Positions 32,088 to 45,289 of a stretch of DNA of 64,000 bases are shown here, in pieces. The notes under the pieces are model-generated. The model saw nothing but the letters and a program-made list of their open reading frames with translations, made no database searches and was not told where the DNA came from. The translations under genes and the position numbers were made by a program. The stretch is from Paramoeba atlantica (taxonomy: Eukaryota; Protista; Discosea), in the NCBI GenBank assembly GCA_977017575.1, contig CDRNVI010000056.1, positions 372,001 through 436,000 of the forward strand. The letters are read 5' to 3'. Every line of letters starts with the position of its first letter. The first letter of the stretch is position 1.

Positions 32088-33333
32088 GACGCGTAGGATG
32101 TGTTCTCACGCGCAGGATGAAAGTCACGCTCAGGAAAAGTGTACCGCTTTTTAGAGCATCCTATCTCAAAATTCAAAATGACGTCAGATTTACCTCTTTC
32201 CGCCTGCACGGTGAAGGGGCGTTTTCAAAAATCTCTGGACGCGACGTTTGCATGACTTCCGTGCATGGCGTGCGTCGATTGCGAAACGCCAAACCAGCAA
32301 GCTATATCTCCTGAGTGGTCGTGCTTCGAGCGATATTTTCTGTAGAGATAGAGTTTTTCCGTTAGTCAGTATGATTGCGAAACAAAACGTGGGTTTCGCC
32401 AGACCAGTTTTTGTCCGTTCTTCCCTGAATCAAATCTTCAAATTTTTTAACCCTTTCTACTTGATGAGTGTTCTGAGCGCTCTTATTTTGCTCCGATGTT
32501 TGCTTTGGGCACTCTTTTTACATGATTTCACTGATACTATAAGACTTCCCCTCTTCTAACGCAAGAATTTGTTGTCATCGGACATTCTTTTAGTCAAATC
32601 AATGCTTGATTGCACAAGCTTCCTGCATCTCAAGGGGGGGTTGTATTTCTCTATACCTCTTTCACTTTTCACCTGCTCTTCCAAGCAACAGGGTCACAGG
32701 GCGCGCGCGTATTGTAATAGTGTGGTGGAAAAACGTCGGTTTCACACGAAACTCGCATCCACCGTGCGACCCCATTCCGTGGAGAACGATCTTTGTTTTC
32801 TTCGATCGCACTGATTCCGTTAGATGCACAGAGCGTGATTTCACGTGAATCGAACAATTCCGCGAGATGTTTTACTTGGGGCAAAGCAGGGCAGCACATG
32901 AACAATGAAAACAGGACGCGCAATGGCGCGGAACACCTTCCACGTGACACCTTCCGAAACGCGTTCTGCACAATCCAGGTATAAAACAACGAATTTCTTC
33001 GCCCGGCCGTTGCAAAGACCCACCCCTTACCGATAGATTTCGTAGCTCTGCTCTAAACGTGAACGCATCGTGCTCAACCTCTCTTCCCGACTGTGTCATC
33101 GCAAAAATTGTATGTGTCACTTCTGGGCCGTTCGCATGGGCATGTGTTGGGCACACTCAAACCCCCATTGCATTCATCAATGCGACCTACGGTTGTGAAT
33201 GTCGCCTTGCTTGGGGGGGGGGCTGTAAGGATCGTTAAGCGAGCGAAATCGGGGAGTTTCCATTATGACATGAATTAGCAAGGTAAAGTGCACCGCTATG
33301 GACACACAAAATTCGAGACACACCACGACGGAA

Positions 33334-33414
33334 GCGTCCATACCCAAGTGGTTAAGGGGCCTGACTTGAAATCAGGTGTGTTCTCACGCGCAGGTTCGAA
33401 CCCTGCTGGGCGCG
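33334..33414 (+). tRNA. tRNA-Ser(UGA), copy 1
   Basis: 81-nt cloverleaf: GCGTCCA/TGGGCGC acceptor, CCC/GGG D-stem, CCTGA-CTTGAAA-TCAGG anticodon arm, 13-nt variable arm, GCAGG-TTCGAAC-CCTGC T-arm, discriminator G. Confidence 0.95.
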
Positions 33415-33419
33415 TTTTT
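33415..33419 (+). terminator. Pol III T5 terminator directly after the tRNA (repeated after each full copy)
   Basis: TTTTT immediately follows the discriminator base. Confidence 0.8.
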
Positions 33420-34819
33420 GCGATTCTCTTCGTTCACAATCGTGTGGCCGCTTTTGGGCGCGCGCGAGAGATGCAACGTGAATCGCAGAAGCAATGGTAC
33501 ATTTTAGGGTATTTTCTTTGCTGAAATGAAGTCTTTTTGGCCTGTGTAGCAGATGACGTTTTGGCGGCAGAGACGGTGAATGGGTAGATGGCCGTGCGCG
33601 TGTCAAATGTAAAAGCCCGAAAAGTGTACCGCTTTTTAGCGCATCATATCTTAAAATTCAAAATGACGTCAGATTTACCTCTTTCCGCCTGCACGGTGAA
33701 GGGGGGTTTTCAGATATCTCTGGACGCGACGTTTGCATGACTTCCGTGCATGGCGTGCGTCGATTGCGAAACGCCGAACCAGCAAGCTACACCTCCTGAG
33801 TGGTCGTGCTTCGCGCGATATTTTCTGTAGAGATAGAGTTTTTCCGTTAGTCAGTATGATTGCGAAACAAAACGTGGGTTTCGCCAGTCCACTTTTTGTC
33901 CGTTCTTCCCTGAATCAAATCTTAAACAATTTTAACCCTTTCTAATTGATGAGTGTTCTGATCGCTCGTGCTTTGCTCTGATATTTGCTTTGGGCACTCT
34001 TTTCACATGATTTCACTGATACTATAAGACTTCCCCTCTTCTAACGCAAGAATTTGTTGTCATCGGACATTCTTTTAGTCAAATCAATGCTTGATTGCAC
34101 AAGCTTCCTGCATCTCAAGGGGGGGGTTGTATTTCTCTATACCTCTTTCACTTTTCACCTGCTCTTCCAAGCAACAGGGTCACAGGGCGCGCGCGTATTG
34201 TAATAGTGTGGTGGAAAAACGTCGGTTTCACACGAAACTCGCATCCACCGTGCGACCCCATTCCGTGGAGAACGATCTTTGTTTTCTTCGATCGCACTGA
34301 TTCCGTTAGATGCACAGAGCGTGATTTCACGTGAATCGAACAATTCCGCGAGATGTTTTACTTGGGGCAAAGCATGGCAGCACATGAACAATGAAAACAG
34401 GACGCGCAATGGCGCGGAACACCTTCCACGTGACACCTTCCGAAACGCGTTCTGCACAATCCAGGTATAAAACAACGAATTTCTTCGCCCGGCCGTTGCA
34501 AAGACCCACCCCTTACCGATAGATTTCGTAGCTCTGCTCTAAACGTGAACGCATCGTGCTCAACCTCTCTTCCCGACTATGTCATCGCAAAAATTGTATG
34601 TGTCACTTCTGGGCCGTTCGCATGGGCATGTGTTGGGCACACTCAAACCCCCATTGCATTCATCAATGCGACCTACGGTTGTGAATGTCGCCTTGCTTGG
34701 GGGGGGGGCTGTAAGGATCGTTAAGCGAGCGAAATCGGGGAGTTTCCATTATGACATGAATTAGCAAGGTAAAGTGCACCGCTATGGACACACAAAATTC
34801 GAGACACACCACGACGGAA

Positions 34820-34900
34820 GCGTCCATACCCAAGTGGTTAAGGGGCCTGACTTGAAATCAGGTGTGTTCTCACGCGCAGGTTCGAACCCTGCTGGGCGCG
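34820..34900 (+). tRNA. tRNA-Ser(UGA), copy 2
   Basis: Identical to copy 1. Confidence 0.95.
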
Positions 34901-36309
34901 TTTTTGCGATTCTCTTCGTTCACAATCGTGTGGCCGCTTTTGGGCGCGCGCGAGAGACGCAACGTGAATCGCAGAAGCAATGGTACATTTTAGGGTATTT
35001 TCTTTGCTGAAATGAAGTCTTTTTGGCCTGTGTAGCAGATGACGTTTTGGCGGCAGAGACGGTGAATGGGTAGATGGCCGTGCGCGTGTCAAATGTAAAA
35101 GCCCGAAAAGTGTACCGCTTTTTAGCGCATCATATCTTAAAATTCAAAATGACGTCAGATTTACCTCTTTCCGCCTGCACGGTGAAGGGGGGTTTTCAGA
35201 TATCTCTGGACGCGACGTTTGCATGACTTCCGTGCATGGCGTGCGTCGATTGCGAAACGCCGAACCAGCAAGCTACACCTCCTGAGTGGTCGTGCTTCGC
35301 GCGATATTTTCTGTAGAGATAGAGTTTTTCCGTTAGTCAGTATGATTGCGAAACAAAACGTGGGTTTCGCCAGTCCACTTTTTGTCCGTTCTTCCCTGAA
35401 TCAAATCTTAAACAATTTTAACCCTTTCTAATTGATGAGTGTTCTGATCGCTCGTGCTTTGCTCTGATATTTGCTTTGGGCACTCTTTTCACATGATTTC
35501 ACTGATACTATAAGACTTCCCCTCTTCTAACGCAAGAATTTGTTGTCATCGGACATTCTTTTGGTCAAATCAATGCTTGATTGCACAAGCTTCCTGCATC
35601 TCAAGGGGGGGTTGTATTTCTCTATACCTCTTTCACTTTTCACCTGCTCTTCCAAGCAACAGGGTCACAGGGCGCGCGCGTATTGTAATAGTGTGGTGGA
35701 AAAACGTCGGTTTCACACGAAACTCGCATCCACCGTGCGACCCCATTCCGTGGAGAACGATCTTTGTTTTCTTCGATCGCACTGATTCCGTTAGATGCAC
35801 AGAGCGTGATTTCACGTGAATCGAACAATTCCGCGAGATGTTTTACTTGGGGCAAAGCATGGAAGCACATGAACAATGAAAACAGGACGCGCAATGGCGC
35901 GGAACACCTTCCACGTGACACCTTCCGAAACGCGTTCTGCACAACCCAGGTATAAAACAACGAATTTCTTCGCCCGGCCGTTGCAAAGACCCACCCCTTA
36001 CCGATAGATTTCGTAGCTCTGCTCTAAACGTGAACGCATCGTGCTCAACCTCTCTTCCCGACTATGTCATCGCAAAAATTGTATGTGTCACTTCTGGGCC
36101 GTTCGCATGGGCATGTGTTGGGCACACTCAAACCCCCATTGCATTCATCAATGCGACCTACGGTTGTGAATGTCGCCTTGCTTGGGGGGGGGGGGGGGAT
36201 GTAAGGATCGTTAAGCGAGCGAAATCGGGGAGTTTCCATTATGACATGAATTAGCAAGGTAAAGTGCACCGCTATGGACACACAAAATTCGAGACACACC
36301 ACGACGGAA

Positions 36310-36390
36310 GCGTCCATACCCAAGTGGTTAAGGGGCCTGACTTGAAATCAGGTGTGTTCTCACGCGCAGGTTCGAACCCTGCTGGGCGCG
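36310..36390 (+). tRNA. tRNA-Ser(UGA), copy 3
   Basis: Identical to copy 1. Confidence 0.95.
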
Positions 36391-37797
36391 TTTTTGCGAT
36401 TCTCTTCGTTCACAATCGTGTGGCCGCTTTTGGGCGCGCGCGAGAGACGCAACGTGAATCGCAGAAGCAATGGTACATTTTAGGGTATTTTCTTTGCTGA
36501 AATGAAGTCTTTTTGGCCTGTGTAGCAGATGACGTTTTGGCGGCAGAGACGGTGAATGGGTAGATGGCCGTGCGCGTGTCAAATGTAAAAGCCCGAAAAG
36601 TGTACCGCTTTTTAGCGCATCATATCTTAAAATTCAAAATGACGTCAGATTTACCTCTTTCCGCCTGCACGGTGAAGGGGGGTTTTCAGATATCTCTGGA
36701 CGCGACGTTTGCATGACTTCCGTGCATGGCGTGCGTCGATTGCGAAACGCCGAACCAGCAAGCTACACCTCCTGAGTGGTCGTGCTTCGCGCGATATTTT
36801 CTGTAGAGATAGAGTTTTTCCGTTAGTCAGTATGATTGCGAAACAAAACGTGGGTTTCGCCAGTCCACTTTTTGTCCGTTCTTCCCTGAATCAAATCTTA
36901 AACAATTTTAACCCTTTCTAATTGATGAGTGTTCTGATCGCTCGTGCTTTGCTCTGATATTTGCTTTGGGCACTCTTTTCCCATGATTTCACTGATACTA
37001 TAAGACTTCCCCTCTTCTAACGCAAGAATTTGTTGTCATCGGACATTCTTTTAGTCAAATCAATGCTTGATTGCACAAGCTTCCTGCATCTCAAGGGGGG
37101 GGTTGTATTTCTCTATACCTCTTTCACTTTTCACCTGCTCTTCCAAGCAACAGGGTCACAGGGCGCGCGCGTATTGTAATAGTGTGGTGGAAAAACGTCG
37201 GTTTCACACGAAACTCGCATCCACCGTGCGACCCCATTCCGTGGAGAACGATCTTTGTTTTCTTCGATCGCACTGATTCCGTTAGATGCACAGAGCGTGA
37301 TTTCACGTGAATCGAACAATTCCGCGAGATGTTTTACTTGGGGCAAAGCATGGCAGCACATGAACAATGAAAACAGGACGCGCAATGGCGCGGAACACCT
37401 TCCACGTGACACCTTCCGAAACGCGTTCTGCACAATCCAGGTATAAAACAACGAATTTCTTCGCCCGGCCGTTGCAAAGACCCACCCCTTACCGATAGAT
37501 TTCGTAGCTCTGCTCTAAACGTGAACGCATCGTGCTCAACCTCTCTTCCCGACTATGTCATCGCAAAAATTGTATGTGTCACTTCTGGGCCGTTCGCATG
37601 GGCATGTGTTGGGCACACTCAAACCCCCATTGCATTCATCAATGCGACCTACGGTTGTGAATGTCGCCTTGCTTGGGGGGGGGGGGATGTAAGGATCGTT
37701 AAGCGAGCGAAATCGGGGAGTTTCCATTATGACATGAATTAGCAAGGTAAAGTGCACCGCTATGGACACACAAAATTCGAGACACACCACGACGGAA

Positions 37798-37878
37798 GCG
37801 TCCATACCCAAGTGGTTAAGGGGCCTGACTTGAAATCAGGTGTGTTCTCACGCGCAGGTTCGAACCCTGCTGGGCGCG
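37798..37878 (+). tRNA. tRNA-Ser(UGA), copy 4
   Basis: Identical to copy 1. Confidence 0.95.
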
Positions 37879-39287
37879 TTTTTGCGATTCTCTTCGTTCA
37901 CAATCGTGTAGCCGCTTTTGGGCGCGCGCGAGAGACGCAACGTGAATCGCAGAAGCAATGGTACATTTTAGGGTATTTTCTTTGCTGAAATGAAGTCTTT
38001 TTGGCCTGTGTAGCAGATGACGTTTTGGCGGCAGAGACGGTGAATGGGTAGATGGCCGTGCGCGTGTCAAATGTAAAAGCCCGAAAAGTGTACCGCTTTT
38101 TAGCGCATCATATCTTAAAATTCAAAATGACGTCAGATTTACCTCTTTCCGCCTGCACGGTGAAGGGGGGTTTTCAGATATCTCTGGACGCGACGTTTGC
38201 ATGACTTCCGTGCATGGCGTGCGTCGATTGCGAAACGCCGAACCAGCAAGCTACACCTCCTGAGTGGTCGTGCTTCGCGCGATATTTTCTGTAGAGATAG
38301 AGTTTTTCCGTTAGTCAGTATGATTGCGAAACAAAACGTGGGTTTCGCCAGTCCACTTTTTGTCCGTTCTTCCCTGAATCAAATCTTAAACAATTTTAAC
38401 CCTTTCTAATTGATGAGTGTTCTGATCGCTCGTGCTTTGCTCTGATATTTGCTTTGGGCACTCTTTTCCCATGATTTCACTGATACTATAAGACTTCCCC
38501 TCTTCTAACGCAAGAATTTGTTGTCATCGGACATTCTTTTAGTCAAATCAATGCTTGATTGCACAAGCTTCCTGCATCTCAAGGGGGGGGGTTGTATTTC
38601 TCTATACCTCTTTCACTTTTCACCTGCTCTTCCAAGCAACAGGGTCACAGGGCGCGCGCGTATTGTAATAGTGTGGTGGAAAAACGTCGGTTTCACACGA
38701 AACTCGCATCCACCGTGCGACCCCATTCCGTGGAGAACGATCTTTGTTTTCTTCGATCGCACTGATTCCGTTAGATGCACAGAGCGTGATTTCACGTGAA
38801 TCGAACAATTCCGCGAGATGTTTTACTTGGGGCAAAGCATGGCAGCACATGAACAATGAAAACAGGACGCGCAATGGCGCGGAACACCTTCCACGTGACA
38901 CCTTCCGAAACGCGTTCTGCACAATCCAGGTATAAAACAACGAATTTCTTCGCCCGGCCGTTGCAAAGACCCACCCCTTACCGATAGATTTCGTAGCTCT
39001 GCTCTAAACGTGAACGCATCGTGCTCAACCTCTCTTCCCGACTATGTCATCGCAAAAATTGTATGTGTCACTTCTGGGCCGTTCGCATGGGCATGTGTTG
39101 GGCACACTCAAACCCCCATTGCATTCATCAATGCGACCTACGGTTGTGAATGTCGCCTTGCTTGGGGGGGGGGGGGATGTAAGGATCGTTAAGCGAGCGA
39201 AATCGGGGAGTTTCCATTATGACATGAATTAGCAAGGTAAAGTGCACCGCTATGGACACACAAAATTCGAGACACACCACGACGGAA

Positions 39288-39368
39288 GCGTCCATACCCA
39301 AGTGGTTAAGGGGCCTGACTTGAAATCAGGTGTGTTCTCACGCGCAGGTTCGAACCCTGCTGGGCGCG
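39288..39368 (+). tRNA. tRNA-Ser(UGA), copy 5
   Basis: Identical to copy 1. Confidence 0.95.
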
Positions 39369-40781
39369 TTTTTGCGATTCTCTTCGTTCACAATCGTGTA
39401 GCCGCTTTTGGGCGCGCGCGAGAGACGCAACGTGAATCGCAGAAGCAATGGTACATTTTAGGGTATTTTCTTTGCTGAAATGAAGTCTTTTTGGCCTGTG
39501 TAGCAGATGACGTTTTGGCGGCAGAGACGGTGAATGGGTAGATGGCCGTGCGCGTGTCAAATGTAAAAGCCCGAAAAGTGTACCGCTTTTTAGCGCATCA
39601 TATCTTAAAATTCAAAATGACGTCAGATTTACCTCTTTCCGCCTGCACGGTGAAGGGGGGTTTTCAGATATCTCTGGACGCGACGTTTGCATGACTTCCG
39701 TGCATGGCGTGCGTCGATTGCGAAACGCCGAACCAGCAAGCTACACCTCCTGAGTGGTCGTGCTTCGCGCGATATTTTCTGTAGAGATAGAGTTTTTCCG
39801 TTAGTCAGTATGATTGCGAAACAAAACGTGGGTTTCGCCAGTCCACTTTTTGTCCGTTCTTCCCTGAATCAAATCTTAAACAATTTTAACCCTTTCTAAT
39901 TGATGAGTGTTCTGATCGCTCGTGCTTTGCTCTGATATTTGCTTTGGGCACTCTTTTCCCATGATTTCACTGATACTATAAGACTTCCCCTCTTCTAACG
40001 CAAGAATTTGTTGTCATCGGACATTCTTTTAGTCAAATCAATGCTTGATTGCACAAGCTTCCTGCATCTCAAGGGGGGGGGGTTGTATTTCTCTATACCT
40101 CTTTCACTTTTCACCTGCTCTTCCAAGCAACAGGGTCACAGGGCGCGCGCGTATTGTAATAGTGTGGTGGAAAAACGTCGGTTTCACACGAAACTCGCAT
40201 CCACCGTGCGACCCCATTCCGTGGAGAACGATCTTTGTTTTCTTCGATCGCACTGATTCCGTTAGATGCACAGAGCGTGATTTCACGTGAATCGAACAAT
40301 TCCGCGAGATGTTTTACTTGGGGCAAAGCATGGCAGCACATGAACAATGAAAACAGGACGCGCAATGGCGCGGAACACCTTCCACGTGACACCTTCCGAA
40401 ACGCGTTCTGCACAATCCAGGTATAAAACAACGAATTTCTTCGCCCGGCCGTTGCAAAGACCCACCCCTTACCGATAGATTTCGTAGCTCTGCTCTAAAC
40501 GTGAACGCATCGTGCTCAACCTCTCTTCCCGACTATGTCATCGCAAAAATTGTATGTGTCACTTCTGGGCCGTTCGCATGGGCATGTGTTGGGCACACTC
40601 AAACCCCCATTGCATTCATCAATGCGACCTACGGTTGTGAATGTCGCCTTGCTTGGGGGGGGGGGGGGGGCTGTAAGGATCGTTAAGCGAGCGAAATCGG
40701 GGAGTTTCCATTATGACATGAATTAGCAAGGTAAAGTGCACCGCTATGGACACACAAAATTCGAGACACACCACGACGGAA

Positions 40782-40862
40782 GCGTCCATACCCAAGTGGT
40801 TAAGGGGCCTGACTTGAAATCAGGTGTGTTCTCACGCGCAGGTTCGAACCCTGCTGGGCGCG
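40782..40862 (+). tRNA. tRNA-Ser(UGA), copy 6
   Basis: Identical to copy 1. Confidence 0.95.
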
Positions 40863-42267
40863 TTTTTGCGATTCTCTTCGTTCACAATCGTGTGGCCGCT
40901 TTTGGGCGCGCGCGAGAGACGCAACGTGAATCGCAGAAGCAATGGTACATTTTAGGGTATTTTCTTTGCTGAAATGAAGTCTTTTTGGCCTGTGTAGCAG
41001 ATGACGTTTTGGCGGCAGAGACGGTGAATGGGTAGATGGCCGTGCGCGTGTCAAATGTAAAAGCCCGAAAAGTGTACCGCTTTTTAGCGCATCATATCTT
41101 AAAATTCAAAATGACGTCAGATTTACCTCTTTCCGCCTGCACGGTGAAGGGGGGTTTTCAGATATCTCTGGACGCGACGTTTGCATGACTTCCGTGCATG
41201 GCGTGCGTCGATTGCGAAACGCCGAACCAGCAAGCTACACCTCCTGAGTGGTCGTGCTTCGCGCGATATTTTCTGTAGAGATAGAGTTTTTCCGTTAGTC
41301 AGTATGATTGCGAAACAAAACGTGGGTTTCGCCAGTCCACTTTTTGTCCGTTCTTCCCTGAATCAAATCTTAAACAATTTTAACCCTTTCTAATTGATGA
41401 GCGTTCTGATCGCTCGTGCTTTGCTCTGATATTTGCTTTGGGCACTCTTTTCACATGATTTCACTGATACTATAAGACTTCCCCTCTTCTAACGCAAGAA
41501 TTTGTTGTCATCGGACATTCTTTTAGTCAAATCAATGCTTGATTGCACAAGCTTCCTGCATCTCAAGGGGGGGTTGTATTTCTCTATACCTCTTTCACTT
41601 TTCACCTGCTCTTCCAAGCAACAGGGTCACAGGGCGCGCGCGTATTGTAATAGTGTGGTGGAAAAACGTCGGTTTCACACGAAACTCGCATCCACCGTGC
41701 GACCCCATTCCGTGGAGAACGATCTTTGTTTTCTTCGATCGCACTGATTCCGTTAGATGCACAGAGCGTGATTTCACGTGAATCGAACAATTCCGCGAGA
41801 TGTTTTACTTGGGGCAAAGCATGGCAGCACATGAACAATGAAAACAGGACGCGCAATGGCGCGGAACACCTTCCACGTGACACCTTCCGAAACGCGTTCT
41901 GCACAATCCAGGTATAAAACAACGAATTTCTTCGCCCGGCCGTTGCAAAGACCCACCCCTTACCGATAGATTTCGTAGCTCTGCTCTAAACGTGAACGCA
42001 TCGTGCTCAACCTCTCTTCCCGACTATGTCATCGCAAAAATTGTATGTGTCACTTCTGGGCCGTTCGCATGGGCATGTGTTGGGCACACTCAAACCCCCA
42101 TTGCATTCATCAATGCGACCTACGGTTGTGAATGTCGCCTTGCTTGGGGGGGGGGGCTGTAAGGATCGTTAAGCGAGCGAAATCGGGGAGTTTCCATTAT
42201 GACATGAATTAGCAAGGTAAAGTGCACCGCTATGGACACACAAAATTCGAGACACACCACGACGGAA

Positions 42268-42348
42268 GCGTCCATACCCAAGTGGTTAAGGGGCCTGACT
42301 TGAAATCAGGTGTGTTCTCACGCGCAGGTTCGAACCCTGCTGGGCGCG
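42268..42348 (+). tRNA. tRNA-Ser(UGA), copy 7
   Basis: Identical to copy 1. Confidence 0.95.
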
Positions 42349-43754
42349 TTTTTGCGATTCTCTTCGTTCACAATCGTGTGGCCGCTTTTGGGCGCGCGCG
42401 AGAGACGCAACGTGAATCGCAGAAGCAATGGTACATTTTAGGGTATTTTCTTTGCTGAAATGAAGTCTTTTTGGCCTGTGTAGCAGATGACGTTTTGGCG
42501 GCAGAGACGGTGAATGGGTAGATGGCCGTGCGCGTGTCAAATGTAAAAGCCCGAAAAGTGTACCGCTTTTTAGCGCATCATATCTTAAAATTCAAAATGA
42601 CGTCAGATTTACCTCTTTCCGCCTGCACGGTGAAGGGGGGTTTTCAGATATCTCTGGACGCGACGTTTGCATGACTTCCGTGCATGGCGTGCGTCGATTG
42701 CGAAACGCCGAACCAGCAAGCTACACCTCCTGAGTGGTCGTGCTTCGCGCGATATTTTCTGTAGAGATAGAGTTTTTCCGTTAGTCAGTATGATTGCGAA
42801 ACAAAACGTGGGTTTCGCCAGTCCACTTTTTGTCCGTTCTTCCCTGAATCAAATCTTAAACAATTTTAACCCTTTCTAATTGATGAGCGTTCTGATCGCT
42901 CGTGCTTTGCTCTGATATTTGCTTTGGGCACTCTTTTCACATGATTTCACTGATACTATAAGACTTCCCCTCTTCTAACGCAAGAATTTGTTGTCATCGG
43001 ACATTCTTTTAGTCAAATCAATGCTTGATTGCACAAGCTTCCTGCATCTCAAGGGGGGGTTGTATTTCTCTATACCTCTTTCACTTTTCACCTGCTCTTC
43101 CAAGCAACAGGGTCACAGGGCGCGCGCGTATTGTAATAGTGTGGTGGAAAAACGTCGGTTTCACACGAAACTCGCATCCACCGTGCGACCCCATTCCGTG
43201 GAGAACGATCTTTGTTTTCTTCGATCGCACTGATTCCGTTAGATGCACAGAGCGTGATTTCACGTGAATCGAACAATTCCGCGAGATGTTTTACTTGGGG
43301 CAAAGCATGGCAGCACATGAACAATGAAAACAGGACGCGCAATGGCGCGGAACACCTTCCACATGACACCTTCCGAAACGCGTTCTGCACAATCCAGGTA
43401 TAAAACAACGAATTTCTTCGCCCGGCCGTTGCAAAGACCCACCCCTTACCGATAGATTTCGTAGCTCTGCTCTAAACGTGAACGCATCGTGCTCAACCTC
43501 TCTTCCCGACTATGTCATCGCAAAAATTGTATGTGTCACTTCTGGGCCGTTCGCATGGGCATGTGTTGGGCACACTCAAACCCCCATTGCATTCATCAAT
43601 GCGACCTACGGTTGTGAATGTCGCCTTGCTTGGGGGGGGGGGGCTGTAAGGATCGTTAAGCGAGCGAAATCGGGGAGTTTCCATTATGACATGAATTAGC
43701 AAGGTAAAGTGCACCGCTATGGACACACAAAATTCGAGACACACCACGACGGAA

Positions 43755-43835
43755 GCGTCCATACCCAAGTGGTTAAGGGGCCTGACTTGAAATCAGGTGT
43801 GTTCTCACGCGCAGGTTCGAACCCTGCTGGGCGCG
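43755..43835 (+). tRNA. tRNA-Ser(UGA), copy 8
   Basis: Identical to copy 1. Confidence 0.95.
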
Positions 43836-45208
43836 TTTTTGCGATTCTCTTCGTTCACAATCGTGTGGCCGCTTTTGGGCGCGCGCGAGAGACGCAACGT
43901 GAATCGCAGAAGCAATGGTACATTTTAGGGTATTTTCTTTGCTGAAATGAAGTCTTTTTGGCCTGTGTAGCAGATGACGTTTTGGCGGCAGAGACGGTGA
44001 ATGGGTAGATGGCCGTGCGCGTGTCAAATGTAAAAGCCCGAAAAGTGTACCGCTTTTTAGCGCATCATATCTTAAAATTCAAAATGACGTCAGATTTACC
44101 TCTTTCCGCCTGCACGGTGAAGGGGGGTTTTCAGATATCTCTGGACGCGACGTTTGCATGACTTCCGTGCATGGCGTGCGTCGATTGCGAAACGCCGAAC
44201 CAGCAAGCTACACCTCCTGAGTGGTCGTGCTTCGCGCGATATTTTCTGTAGAGATAGAGTTTTTCCGTTAGTCAGTATGATTGCGAAACAAAACGTGGGT
44301 TTCGCCAGTCCACTTTTTGTCCGTTCTTCCCTGAATCAAATCTTAAACAATTTTAACCCTTTCTAATTGATGAGTGTTCTGATCGCTCGTGCTTTGCTCT
44401 GATATTTGCTTTGGGCACTCTTTTCCCATGATTTCACTGATACTATAAGACTTCCCCTCTTCTAACGCAAGAATTTGTTGTCATCGGACATTCTTTTAGT
44501 CAAATCAATGCTTGATTGCACAAGCTTCCTGCATCTCAAGGGGGGGTTGTATTTCTCTATACCTCTTTCACTTTTCACCTGCTCTTCCAAGCAACAGGGT
44601 CACAGGGCGCGCGCGTATTGTAATAGTGTGGTGGAATTCCGTGGAGAACGATCTTTGTTTTCTTCGATCGCACTGATTCCGTTAGATGCACAGAGCGTGA
44701 TTTCACGTGAATCGAAACAATTCGCGAGATTGTTTTACTTGGGGCAAAGCAGGGCAGCACATGAACAATGAAAACAGGACGCGCAATGGCGCGGAACACC
44801 CTTCCACGTGACACCTTCCGAAACGCGTTCTGCACAATCAGGTATAAAACAACGAATTTCTTCGCCCGGCCGTTGCAAAGACCCACCCCTTACCGATAGA
44901 TTTTCGTAGCTCTGCTCTAAACGTGAAACGCATCGTGCTCAACCTCTCCTTCCCGACTATGTCATCGCAAAAATTGTATGTGTCACTTCTGGGCCGTTCG
45001 CATGGGCATGTGTTGGGCACACTCAAACCCCCATTGCATTCATCAATGCGACCTACGGTTGTGGAAATGTCGCCTTGCTTGGGGGGGGGGGGGGGGGCTG
45101 TAAGGATCGTTAAGCGAGCGAAATCGGGGAGTTTTCCATTATGACATGAATTAGCAAGGTAAAGTGCACGCTATGGACACACAAAATTCGAGACACACCA
45201 CGACGGAA

Positions 45209-45289
45209 GCGTCCATACCCAAGTGGTTAAGGGGCCTGACTTGAAATCAGGTGTGTTCTCACGCGCAGGTTCGAACCGTGCTGGGCGCG
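45209..45289 (+). tRNA. tRNA-Ser(UGA), copy 9, T-stem variant
   Basis: CCTGC to CGTGC at 45278 gives a G.G mismatch in the T-stem. Confidence 0.85.

Noticed and set aside
33845-34047. Spliced-leader RNA gene in the unit (ACTAACG on the minus strand at 33845-33851; CTAACGC at 34041-34047)
   Set aside because: Only 7-nt matches; the conserved CAGTTTCTGTA core and the TTG/GTA donor are absent. A highly divergent SL cannot be excluded without transcript data.
34224-34273. U5 snRNA-like words (GGTTTC..TCGCAT..TTCCGTGGAGA)
   Set aside because: The invariant U5 loop I (GCCTTTTAC) and an Sm site are missing.
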